From: Macrostomum lignano
Lineage: Eukaryota
Direction: 5' to 3'
Assembly: GCA_002269645.1 (NCBI GenBank)
Contig: NIVC01001304.1
Coordinates: 186,001-250,000, forward strand
DNA: 64,000 nucleotides
The stretch's first letter is position 1. Each line of letters opens with the position of its first letter. Below are positions 34,181-46,299 of this stretch, piece after piece. The position numbers and the translations under genes were made by a program. Below the pieces are notes generated by a model, which did no database searches, had not been told where the DNA came from, and worked only from the letters and a program-made list of their open reading frames with translations.

Positions 34181-36689
34181 TAAGTAAACCTTCCTTTTCG
34201 ATTTTGAATTAAATACATTGGCTTATATTGGCTAAACAGGCTCTTTAGTCTTTGCCCGAGCCAAACTCTTACTAACTAACTACTACCCTAGCTTGGCCCA
34301 TCCACCCTACTGGCCTACTATCCTTTTTTGGGGCATAACTTATGAACCATATCCATAGGGCCTAATCTATAAATCTATAAGATTTTACTGCAGCCGCATC
34401 TTGGGCATTAGTTTAAAATTTTTACGCGGCTGAGACGTGTCTAGACGACTAGAGACATGGAAGTGGCTGTGTAGATGTAATGTTAACAATCCTTATTACC
34501 AAATGTAGTAGCAATCAAGCAGTGGTGAATGGTGTTAGCATTTGAATTTATATGAGTGCTTTAATATCTTTATTAACATTTTCATACAAAAAATCAATTT
34601 TTTGAAAAGGTCAAAATGTATTATGAAATGTGACATTTTATAAAATAAAAGTTCATAGGCCTAATTAGACCTATTCTAGGGTCAGGATCGTGTACCGCTG
34701 TACACCAGAATGAAAATTGCTTCTGTAGCTCATGCACGCCAATGTATGCCTATGAACTTTAATGTACACCAACAAACAACTAATATTAAAAGCTTACAAT
34801 ATTTTATTATTCAAACAACTAATGTGTTAAAACTGAAAATCTTTTTACTAAACTGTAGAGAACTAGTTCATTTTAACTATTTTTTTTGTTTTACTTTTAC
34901 TTTCTTGGAAAAGTTAAACCCAGTTTTATAAATTTAGTTTTCTGTTTTTTCGTAAAGGGCCTACTATTCTTTCTGATCAAAATTTAGCTACTGTAACTAT
35001 GTACATCTAGAACTTAATAATTTTTGTATGTTAATTATGTAGATTGATTGTTGAGACTTGGAACTTTTGGTCCCACCTGCTGATCTCGCAATCTCTATAT
35101 GCTAAGCTGTATGCCAAGAGGCAAGAGGGCATGCCAGGCCCCTTTGTATGACAAGTTGTATGCCAATGTGTAATCTAGGTCCCTCTATATGCTGGAAAAT
35201 TCTGGCGTACATGTATACCATCCAGAGTCTGGGACCTATTTAATTTTTGCAAATAACTTAATTAAAACAATATATTGAGTTTAATATAATTTTTAGACTT
35301 TTATTTAGGATTAATATGAATATCATAATAAAAAATAATTTTTCATATAGTATTCTAGCTCTAAATTTGGGATTATAATATATCTACCACATTCAGGAAC
35401 ATACATTATGGCGAAAAATTCTGGCGCACATCAATAAAAAATGTGCACAAAGTGGCGCACATGGCGTATAACAAAGGCTTCGCAAAAGTTTTTAGTGCAC
35501 AGTGGCATACAGCAAAACCTGATCAGAAAAATTTAGCTCACAATGAGTCACCTAAATGTATAATCTCATTAATCTGCATATGCAATGCATAAAATATGCT
35601 TTTAAGATTATGTTTTTCTAAGCATATCAATAAAAAAATTGTTTCTTGGTTAGTGAAATGAATAATAAAATTCAAAATGGAATTTTACCATAAGGTTAAA
35701 GTTTTTTTGATAATTTTCTACATGACTCATGAGCTAAAATAAAGCAGAAGTTTTGAGTTGAAAAAAGCCTATATAAGGTATAAACATTGATCCATTTTTA
35801 GTTTTGGTTTAATTGGACTTTTACTAAGTTTTTGTGCTATGGCACATTAGTACTCTAGCTATGTATTTGTCAATAAACGAATGTAGACCTTGGTGCACAA
35901 ATTTATATTTTAGCTTTGTGCATAGCACACACTCTAAAAATATGCTGAAATATATTCTTGCGCATATGTGACACCTTCCTAAGTGTGGTATATCTATAAG
36001 GATTAAGTTTTAGATAATGTTAGACTTGGGCATAAAGATTTTTATTTAGTTTATGATATACAAAACTTTAAAACTTTTTTATATAATAAGACACACAGAC
36101 AGACAGAGTTTTGATTTTTATATATGATACTCGTATAGCTATACTTAGTTTTAATCTTAAAATTGTTTAGATATAAATTATATATATTTACATTGTAGTT
36201 AATATAGTGGAGTCCTATTGGAATAAGTGGACACAAGGGTCATCTACTCCCTAGGCACTTTAGGCCTATCATCCACTGTCTGAAAAACTTATGTATCAAT
36301 AGTCATTAATATAAGTGGCCACACTGCTTCTGAATATATGCAACTATAAAGATTAAGATTAAAGACATTATACTATATATGACATGTATATATATAGTCA
36401 CGCTCCTCCTTTTACATTCTGGGCTTGGGACCAGACAATGGAAGATATACAGGAAATACAGGAATATATAGAAATATTAGACAGAAGTTCATAATCCTAA
36501 AATTTAATTTCATTAAAGTTTCTAACTCTAAATCAGAAATTATTCTCAAAAGCATTGATATTATTAATACTAGTATATAACTTAATTAACTTACTTGGTT
36601 TCCATAAGTACAGCCACTGGTCAAAAGCACACTTGCTTTGTCTTAGTCTTCATATCAACAATCAATTGCCATTTTAGCCCTTCCTACAC

Positions 36690-37340
36690 CTTAGCTTTGC
36701 AGGTGTTGTTCGATTGCCCACTTTAAAACTCACCTTGAATCTTGACAGCCATGGCAGGACATTTAAATCTAGAATTGTGACTAGTGCAATGCCAGTAGTG
36801 CCTTCCATTTTTTGGTAATTAAAACTAAGAACATACTCACAGCCCTGAATCACTTGAAGAAGTAAATCCTTGCCTTTATTTATGTCACTTGTAATGCAGC
36901 AAAATGTCTCTCCTTGAGGCTCGGTCAAAAACTGATGGGGCTTAGGCCTTGGCAGGTTCTTGTAGCCGTTGTGGTTCCTCAAAGGGGCCTGTATCAATAG
37001 GGTACAATTCAGCTAGGATAAGCTCTGCAAACAGCTCTACCTGCTGCTAGATGGCTGGAGGCTCTGCAACCTAAAGCTGCAAGATGGCTGGCAGATCTAC
37101 CTGCTGCTTGACAGCTGGAGGCTCTACAACCTGAAGCTGCATGGCTGGCAGTTCACCTTGACAGCATGTGCAGCACCATGGAAAGTTCCCTTGGCTAGAC
37201 AACTCTCAATGTTCTTCCTTAGAAATTCCTGTGCCATAATGCAGCCAATGGTGCTGGCCATTGCTGACACATGTCACATTGAAGCACTTGTTGTTTTTTG
37301 CTAACTGGCTCTTAGCAAAAGACACAGATGTCTGCCATTT
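36690..37340 (-). pseudogene. Decayed PHD-finger + FLYWCH ORF (probably from a Mutator/MULE-type transposon)
   Basis: MADICVFC*EPVSKKQQVLQCDMCQQW(fs)QH...GTGISKEEH*...FPWCCTCCQ, then GKDLL...EYVL...(fs)KNGRHYWHCTSHNSRFKCPAM...GEF*SG; stops and frameshifts throughout. Confidence 0.6.
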
Positions 37341-38569
37341 TTACTTAATTATAAACTATAGCTATTTCTTACAATTTGCTTCTCATATGTGATTTTATGC
37401 ACCATATTTATAATAAAATTCTAGGGGTTATGATTTAAGCATTAAGTCCCTACAGGTGGAGCAGGGAGAAATCCATTATGTAACATCACATGGCCATATA
37501 CTTTGTTGCCTCCACTAGTTATGGAAGTGAAGCAATAATGCCCATAGGCCTACAGCAATTTTCTAAACAAGCAAACAAACAAAAAATAATTATTAGAGCT
37601 TGGCAAGTTTGTACCATAGAATAAAATTACAATGAACACTTGTACACATACAATGTGCATTTAGATGCCAATTATAGCAACAAGTTGAATCTCTTAGCAT
37701 GCATTTACTATTTAATCCTATATTTTGCAGACTATTGATTGAGTAACAATTTACATGTATAACAAAAACAATTGAATAACAATTTACAGCTTTGCAGAAT
37801 CTTAGGATGACAAAGTGTCCTCAAAATTTGGTCACTTCATCATCTAGATTTCTAACAATTTTTTGGTATGACAAAGCATCCAAAAACCATGGTCACTTTG
37901 TCATCTGGATGACAAACTGGTAAGATAACGAAATGTCCAGGAACTAGACAAAATGCATCTAACTGTCCACTGCAATTTTGGAACTTTCTGGTAATCCTTG
38001 GCCTTAACTGTGTGGTCTCTGCAGCTTGAGCAGCAGCACTTTGTATAGTAGCTCAGGGCAGTGGGCCTCTGATTAGATGACATGGCTAGTCAAAGTCGTT
38101 GCCCACATAGCAAGTCAGAAGACAGCATCAGTATACCATTATGGAGAGTGTGGCATTAGTCTCACTGTCTAGACTAATATGCATTCCAAATATTGCATGT
38201 AGCATAGCCACATATGTATTGTCAAGCTGTTTCTCCAAGGTCCTTGTCTCAGTTTTGTATAGTAGTTACAGAAAGTTTATTAGCTATGGATACAGATAGG
38301 CTATAGAAAAATTTTTGAGATATAGCTATAGATATAAATATGGGAAAATTTGGTTATAGTGGAACTGTATTAAACTGATTATATGACAAGGCATTTTATG
38401 CTAACAATATAATACATATTACTCCTGCCTTATACCTAAAATATTTGGGCCCAAGTTTTATCAAGAGTGACATCATCTTAGATTTTAAGACTTTTCTTAT
38501 TTGCTTTGTGTTGCCATTTAGTATAGAAAAAAACAAGCTTCAAAATGCAATGTATTCACTCTATCCTCA

Positions 38570-38710
38570 TCAATCACCCTATCCTCAGCAATCACCCATC
38601 CTCAGCAATCACTCTATCCTAAGCAATCACCCCATCCTCAGCAATCACCCCATCCTCATCAATCACCCCATCCTCATCAATCACCCTATCCTCAGCAATC
38701 ACCCCATCCC
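38570..38710. repeat. 18-bp minisatellite (CACCCCATCCTCAGCAAT); copy at 46660-46800
   Basis: Same family as 39640-40045. Confidence 0.9.
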
Positions 38711-39431
38711 TCTTTGTATACTTAAATTTTATGAACAATTTCTAATAGAGTGGAAGAAAAATGATTTCAAATTTGTGTTATGAATGCAAAAACTACATAA
38801 AAGGAGCAAAAAATTTATGCAAAAATCTTTGTTGGTTATGGAGTTCTCAGTTCTATCAACTTATAATATGAAAAATAAAAAAATTAGGAACAAAACTGGG
38901 TTGTACAATTTTTCTTTTTTCATTGAAAACAATGAAACTTTTTTTTCATTAACTTTGTTAAAAAATGTTTTGAATGAAAAAATTGACTTTACAATTGTAC
39001 CTATTTTATATGAAAAGTCATAATTATTTCCTTAAAAAACAGTAATTCACTTTCTTAGGTCATTTTTTTGAATTTATTGCATTTTTCTTCTAGATTACAG
39101 TGTAAATTTTTTAAATTCAATTTAGTTTCAAATAATTTTACATTTGAAGTACATTTTTATATTAATGATTATAAAATAAGCAAAATATTAACCAATGTGT
39201 GTTTATATTGTTAAGTTCAGTCAAATTGTATTACAAATTGTTTCTTTTTGGCTGTTAGACTGTGTAGTGGTTAGGCCTAGTTGTGCATTTTAATTATTTA
39301 AAATTTTTTAAGGTATTGGGATTAGTAATTGTTAATATGCACCAATTTCAACATTAGATTCTAATAAGACACTTGCTGAATATTTTTATTAATATTAATA
39401 ATATACAAAGGACAATTCTCATTTCCAGAGA

Positions 39432-40211
39432 ATGGTTTGTGTACCCTGCATTGTCATCCCTTTTGTGCTGTGGGTTTTCCACCGCTATCTGCGACCCCTG
39501 CTGGCGCCCTTCCTGCCCAGCTGGATGCTCGGCACCGCCAGCTCTGAGGATTCGGATGGGAAACAGCCTGGGGCCGCCTCTGCTGACTCGACTGCGCCTG
39601 CAAAGGCCAAGGTAAAACTTCTGTGTATTGCATGCTCCACCCCATCCTCAGCATTCACCCCATCCTCAGCAATAACCCCATCCTCAGCAATCACCCCATC
39701 CTCAACAATCACCCCATCCTCAGCATTCACCCAATCCTCAGCATTCACCCCATCCTCAGCATTCACCCCATCCTCAGCATTCACCCATCCTCAGCATTCA
39801 CCCTATCCTCAGCATTCACCCATCCTCAGCATTCACCCTATCCTCAGCATTCACCCCATCCTCAGCATTCACCCATCCTCAGCATTCACCCTATCCTCAG
39901 CATTCACCCATCCTCAGCATTCACCCTATCCTCAGCAATCACCCCATCCTCCGCAATCACCGATCCTCAGCATTCACCCTATCCTCAGCAATCACCCCAT
40001 CCTCCGCAATCACCGATCCTCAGCATTCACCCCATCCTCAGCAAGCATGACTGCATTCCCAATAAAACTTGGCTCAGTCTAAATACGTATGAAGGATCTA
40101 CTAAACCCCCAATATGTTAGTATTAGAAAGCAAATATTTTCCCGAACAGTCCGCAATCTCAATCCGGTAATTTCTGCCTCAATTTCCACGCAGATGTTCT
40201 TCGCTCTCTAA
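39432..40211 (+). CDS. C18orf32: UPF0729 / C18orf32-like small protein, copy 1; exon 39432-39611 plus probable exon 40194-40211
   Basis: MVCVPCIVIPFVLWVFHRYLRPLLAPF matches the family N-terminus (MVCIPCIVIP.LLW...). Acceptor TTTCCAG| 3 nt before the ATG; donor AAG|GTAAAA at 39612. The short last exon (MFFAL*) is tentative. Confidence 0.8.
39640..40045. repeat. 17/18-bp minisatellite (CACCCCATCCTCAGCATT), intronic; copy at 47730-48135
   Basis: Begins ~30 bp after the C18orf32-like donor. Confidence 0.95.
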
Positions 40212-40870
40212 CGATCAATCTCATTAGACATTCCACTGCAACCTGGCTAGAATCTCCTTATCGATGGGTCTCATTCCTGCATAAAATTCCCCAGCTGACT
40301 GCTCGCCCTCGCCCGCCCCTTCGCAGTGCCCGTTCGCCTCTTCGTCCACGGCAGCCGCTGGCTCTGAGAATCCGCACACAAAAAAGACAGAATGAAGCTC
40401 AGTCTGTTCACCTGTGGTAGCATCCTTGACCATCGGTACATGGCAGGTGGAATGCGGATTATTATATTAATATCTGAAAACTGAAGTCTCTGTTGTTGCT
40501 GCTTCATTTTTATTCAAATTAAGTATTTTACGAGTTTTTGTACACTCTTGAGCTGCAATGAGAATATAATTTCATAGAATCCTTAATGATGTACTGCAGA
40601 CGGTCGCGCTTGCTGTGCACAGAAAGTGAAATAAAATGTATCAACCATTTGAAAGATCTGTTATCCAGGCACCCAGTCAGTCTTGGCTTTTTTGTATTCT
40701 TTCTAAGTTTTCATTAGAAATCTACTGCATCACAGTTCAGCTAAATGTTCAATATTGGAAAGCATTGATTGAAATAAGTTTTGCGATTCATTTCAGCTTG
40801 GAGATTGAAGCTGAATTTTGCGGATTGCGGCGCAGCTTCAGACGATTTTTCATAAACTTTCAGCAGCTTC

Positions 40871-42892
40871 ATGGGGCGAAAGAAGATTCAAATTGCCAGG
40901 ATTGAGGATGAGAGAACTCGGCAGGTGAGTGCAACTTGCAGGAATCTCTGCTGGAAATCTCACTGTCTCAAGTATCAATCTTAACTGTCAGATCAGGAAT
41001 CTCACTGTCTCGAGTATCAATCTCACTGTCTCGAGTATCAATCTCACTGTCTCGAGTATCAATCTCACTGTCAGATCATAAATCTCACTGTCTCGAGTAT
41101 CAATCTCACTGTCAAATCAAGAATCTCACTGTCAGATAAGAAATCTCACTGTCTTGAGTATCAATCTCACTGTCAGATCATAAATCTCACTGTCTCGAGT
41201 ATCAATCTCACTGTCAAATCAGGAATCTCACTGTCAGATCAGGAATCTCACTGTCAGATAAGAAATCTCACTGTCTTGAGTATCAATCTCACTGTCAGAT
41301 CATAAATCTCACTGTCTCGAGTATCAATCTCACTGTCAGATCATAAATCTCACTGTCTCGAGTATCAATCTCACTGTCAAATCAGGAATCTCACTGTCAG
41401 ATCAGGAATCTCACTGTCAGATAAGAAATCTCACTGTCTTGAGTATCAATCTCACTGTCAGATCATAAATCTCACTGTCTCGAGTATCAATCTCACTGTC
41501 AGATCATAAATCTCACTGTCTCGAGTATCAATCTCACTGTCAAATCAGGAATCTCGCTGTCAGATCAGGAATCTCACTGTCAGATAAGAAATCTCACTGT
41601 CTTGAGTATCAATCTCACTGTCAGATTAGAAGTCTGTCTCGGGTATCAATCTCACTGTCTCGGGTATCAATCCCACTGTCTTAAGTATCGATCTCACTGT
41701 CATTAGAAGTCTGTCTCGGGTATCAATCTCACTGTCTGCAGATATCAATCTCACTGTCTCGGGTATCAATCCCACTGTCTTGAGTATCAATCTCCGAATA
41801 TCAGCGCGGAAATCTCGCGCTCTCTCAACCCAAACCCTCCAACGTCCCGCCCTCCTCCGCGCCGCCAAATTCAGGTGACCTTCACCAAGCGCAAGTTCGG
41901 CCTAATGAAAAAGGCCTACGAGCTCTCTGTCCTCTGCGACTGCGAGGTGGCGCTGATCGTGTTCAACGGCAACAACCGGCTGCACCAGTACGCCAGCACC
42001 GACATGGACCGCCTGCTGCTGCGCTACACGGACTACAGCTCACCGCACGAGAGCCGCACTAATAAGGACATTATGGAGGTGAGCGTCAATTTCTTCGGCA
42101 GCAGCAGATGCTTAAATGCTATTGCTCGAAGCTGGGTTCCCCATCCCTAAATTCGGTGTAAGTTTCGGGGTATGAAAGTCTATTCGCGATTTTACAGGGT
42201 AATGGGATTGTGTGGGATTCTTGTGTAATTGGGCTGTTACTTGGAATAACTTGGGTATGTGATTTACGTTGGGATTCTGGGGAATGGTTTGTTGTAGCCA
42301 AGGTTGTAGCCTAGTGGTTGGAGCGTCCGACTGAAAGGTCGGGGGTTCGACTCTCAACCTGTGGCGACCCCTTAGTCCTTGAACTGAACAGCCGTACGCA
42401 GCCTTCAGATCGCCGCGCAATAGCTGCGGCTGAGCTGTCGGAGCTTGCACATTAGGGCAGGTGCAATCAATGATTACAGGTGAATTTTTTGGAATTTTCT
42501 ATTGTTGGTGAATGTGATCAGGACACGGATGCCTCCCGCTCTTCCAGTACTTGACCCGCAAGTCCGGCGCCTCCGCCGATGCGCCGCCCGACCAAGAGGA
42601 CTCGCAGCCGTCGCCGACGACGCAGCAACAGCCGCAGCAGCCACGGCAGCAGCCGCTTTGCCAGTCCATCAGGCTGCAGTCTTTGTCGTCTAGCAGCGCA
42701 GCAGCATCGTCCCAGCAGGGGCTGCAGCTGCCGCAGGCACCGCAGATTCTGCAGCTGCAACAGCCGCAGCAGCAGCAACAGCAGCAGCAGCAGCAGCAGC
42801 TGGATCAACAGTATCCAGTTGTGGACTTCCTCACCCAGCTGAAGTCGGAGGGCACCGAGAATGAAGGTGTGATTGTGAGCGGCCCGCTGTGA
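40871..42892 (+). CDS. MEF2: MEF2-family MADS-box transcription factor, copy 1; exons 40871-40924, 41875-42078, 42548-42892 (possible alternative end via donor 42867 to exon 44443-44633)
   Basis: [18 protein letters not shown]|[68 protein letters not shown]|YLTRKSG: complete MADS + MEF2 domains, two phase-0 GT-AG introns, Gln-rich tail. Confidence 0.95.
40945..41795. repeat. Compound 20/21-bp minisatellite (AATCTCACTGTC core) in MEF2 intron 1; copy at 49035-49885
   Basis: Units such as AATCTCACTGTCTCGAGTATC and AATCTCACTGTCAGATCATA in recurring order. Confidence 0.95.
42300..42480 (+). mobile_element. tRNA-derived SINE-like element in MEF2 intron 2; copy at 50390-50570
   Basis: Pol III A box TAGCCTAGTGG (42307) and B box GGTTCGACTCT (42344) with a CCGAC-TGAAAG-GTCGG hairpin between them; no complete cloverleaf; right boundary uncertain. 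Confidence 0.55.
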
Positions 42893-43144
42893 GCCGCTGC
42901 CCCGGCAGCTCATTGCGATGTGCGACTCTTAAATATTTTGCTCACTGTTTCCATTTGTTTTGTACTTTAGCTGTTGGCTTTGCTGCTAATCTCGCCTTAT
43001 ATCTGCCCGGATTTTCTCTCAACAATTATTATCCACCCTTAAACCGCTAACTCGCCCATCTGTCATCATCTCTTTTTTCTGCTTTAATCAGAAGTTTGGT
43101 CTGTTCTCTCTGTTCTTCTCTTCGTTCACCTGTGATTCTCTTTG

Positions 43145-44070
43145 CATCCACCCGTGAGTCTCCCCACATCCACCCGTGAGTCTCCCTGCATCCACCCGTG
43201 AGTCTCCCCACATCCACCCGTGAGTCTCCCCACATCCACCTGTCTCCCTGCATCCACCCGTGAGTCTCCCTGCATCCACCCGTGAGTCTCCCTGCATCCA
43301 CCCGTGAGTCTCCCCACATCCACCCGTGAGTCTCCCCACATCCACCTGTGAGTCTGCCCACATCCACCTGTGAGTCTCCCCACATCCACCTGTGAGTCTC
43401 CCTCACATCCACCTATGAGTCTCCCCACATCCACCTGTGAGTCTCCCCACATCCACCCGTGAGTCTCCCCACATCCACCTGTGAGTCTGCCCACATCCAC
43501 CTGTGAGTCTGCCCACATCCACCTGTGAGTCTCCCTCACATCCACCCGTGAGTCTCCCCACATCCACCTGTGAGTCTGCCCACATCCACCTGTGAGTCTG
43601 CCCACATCCACCTGTGAGTCTCCCTCACATCCACCTATGAGTCTCCCCACATCCACCTGTGAGTCTCACCACATCCACCTGTGAGTCTCCCCACATCCAC
43701 CTGTGAGTCTCCCTCACATCCACCTATGAGTCTCCCCACATCCACCTGTGAGTCTCACCACATCCACCCGTGAGTCTCCCCACATCCACCTGTGAGTCTG
43801 CCCACATCCACCTGTGAGTCTGCCCACATCCACCTGTGAGTCTCCCTCACATCCACCCGTGAGTCTCCCCACATCCACCTGTGAGTCTGCCCACATCCAC
43901 CTGTGAGTCTGCCCACATCCACCTGTGAGTCTCCCTCACATCCACCTATGAGTCTCCCCACATCCACCTGTGAGTCTCACCACATCCACCTGTGAGTCTC
44001 CCCACATCCACCTGTGAGTCTCACCACATCCACCTGTGAGTCTGCCCACATCCACCTGTGAGTCTCCCCA
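43145..44070. repeat. 22-bp minisatellite (CCACATCCACCTGTGAGTCTCC), ~42 copies; copy at 51235-52160
   Basis: Tandem array downstream of MEF2 exon 3. Confidence 0.96.
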
Positions 44071-44714
44071 CATTCGCTCGTCTCCCTGCATTCCTCTGCT
44101 CTCTGTCATTAATACCGCTATCGAGTTAATCGCCACACTACTAAACCTTGCATAACCTGTTACTATCTGCTCATCTAACGGATGCTCATCCGTTCTCACT
44201 AAGGCAAAGAGCTCATGACTTTATTCAGACTGTACAGAAACTGTATTCAATATCCACTGTTGACTTGCTGTGAACCGAATCAGACTGTTGAACACTTAGC
44301 AGTTTATATTTAGCTTTGCTCAAAGCTGCCTAGACCTGACCGAATTTGATTTCCGCCAAAGCTTGTTCATAATGGTTCGTCTTCTATCTTGTACTATTTT
44401 CTCTTTACTAGTAGCAGACTATAAAAAATGTTTTGTTTGCAGATTTCGCGCTGCGCATTCCGGAATGCAAAGGTCGCCCCGTTTGTCTAACATCAATCCG
44501 AACATATTTAAATACATATAATACGTGCTACTCTTATCAAAATGTTACTATTTTATTTTGTTATTCTGCATGCAAAATCAACGGCGCCGCAGCTCTCGCA
44601 GTTGGACCCGCGGTTTTGAATGATGATAATTAAATTTAAAAAAATATTAAAAACTTGTCATTCAATTATCATAATGCTGTTCTTGCTTTGGGGCGACTGG
44701 TCTTTCACACTGCA

Positions 44715-45400
44715 CACCAGCCTGGCACACCTGACCAACCTGGCATACCTGACCAACCTGGCACACCTGACCAACCTGGCACACCTGACCAACTTGACAC
44801 ACCTGACCAACCTGGCATTCCTGACTAACCTGGCACACCTGACCAACCTGGCACACCTGACCAACCTGGCACACCTGACCAACCTGGCACACCTGACCAA
44901 CCTGGCACACCTGACCAACCTGGCACACCTGACCAACCTGGCACACCTGACCAACCTGGCACACCTGACCAACCTGGCACACCTGACCAACCTGGCATTC
45001 CTGACTAACCTGGCACACCTGACTAACCTGACACACCTGGCCATCCTGGCATTCCTGACTAACCTGGCACACCTGACCAACCTGGCATTCCTGACTAACC
45101 TGGCACACCTGACTAACCTGGCACACCTGACCAACTTGACACACCTGGCCATCCTGGCATTCCTGACTAACCTGGCACACCTGACCAACCTGGCACACCT
45201 GACCAACCTGGCACACCTGACCAACCTGGCACACCTGACCAACCTGGCACACCTGACTAACCTGGCACACCTGACCAACTTGACACACCTGGCCATCCTG
45301 GCATTCCTGACTAACCTGGCACACCTGACCAACCTGGCACCCCTAACCAACCTGAAACATCTGACCAACTTGACACACCTAGCTGGCACACCTGACCACA
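44715..45400. repeat. 18-bp minisatellite (ACCTGACCAACCTGGCAC), ~38 copies; copy at 52805-53490
   Basis: Tandem array; gives spurious HLTNLA / QVCQVG ORFs. Confidence 0.96.
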
Positions 45401-45836
45401 CTTGCCACCTTCCTGCCAAACGATCGCAATTAAACTATGCATTTTTGGCTCATGCGGATTGCTTTACTGCTTCCATCAGCGGAAAGTTGCCAAAGATTTG
45501 CCATGAGCCATTTCTGGCCTGACCTGAAGTTTAGCCACCAATGAAAATCAAGGCAACAGCGAATTAGAAAAGCTCCCGTTTAAAAAATAAGTTACCCTTC
45601 ACAAATCTATTTAATGCGTTGTAGACTACACTTTCTACGGGTCTTGTCACTGCCCGAGTGATGTGCTGGTTCTACACCGAATCTTTCGGCTTCCTGCAAT
45701 CTGGCTGTCTGCTCTCACGCTGACCAAATTTCCTCTTTGTATCGGCTGTAGTTCAGGCGCTCTCTTCATGCCCTACAAGGAGGCCACCAGCGTCGGACGC
45801 TTCACATTGGCACTGATACTCCTGCACTGGCTCTGC

Positions 45837-46299
45837 CCCTCTGGTAAATAAACCAGATAACACCACAAGATAATTTGCGAATCTTGTCAGATTCACTACC
45901 GATTTCCTTGTTTGAGGTGCGAAACTGGTGAAACCACCAGATTCGTCGAAAGGTAATTTTAGTGTTATCTGGTTTGACTGTTATCTGGTGAGTTATCTGA
46001 ATTTCACCAGATAACATGGCCCGAATCTTGCTTAGAAATCAGATTACATGACAAGATTCGCCATCAGATAATTTTTTGTTTTCTTGTTTTACTGTTATCT
46101 GGTGAGTTATCTGAATTTCACAGGATAACATAGTGCGAATCTTGTTTGAAAATCAGATAACAGTACAAGATTCGCCACCAGATAATTCTCTGTTATCTTG
46201 GTTGATCGAACCTTGTTTGAATCGGAATTTCACAGGATAACATGGCGTGAATCTTGTTTAAAAAACAGATAACAGTACAAGATTTTAATCAAGATAACT
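45837..46299. mobile_element. Truncated left end of the CMC/EnSpm-like element, cut by the duplication breakpoint
   Basis: Same as 53927-54389 (offset 8090); no matching right TIR before the junction. Confidence 0.85.

Noticed and set aside
34680-35525. Possible TIR element with GTATGCC/GGCGCAC subterminal motifs (related motifs at 31740-31830)
   Set aside because: Termini too degraded to define TIRs or a TSD.
40224-40433. Minus-strand ORF (EPAAAVDEEANGHCEGAGE...)
   Set aside because: No recognisable domain or partner exons; may be GC-rich UTR or promoter DNA between C18orf32-like and MEF2. Left unresolved.
42301-42370. Possible tRNA gene
   Set aside because: A and B boxes are present but there is no 7-nt anticodon loop or acceptor stem; treated as SINE-like.
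44620-45522. 300-aa HLTNLA ORF resembling an LRR or pentapeptide protein (and its copy at 52710)
   Set aside because: Product of an 18-bp satellite, open in several frames on both strands, with no unique domain.
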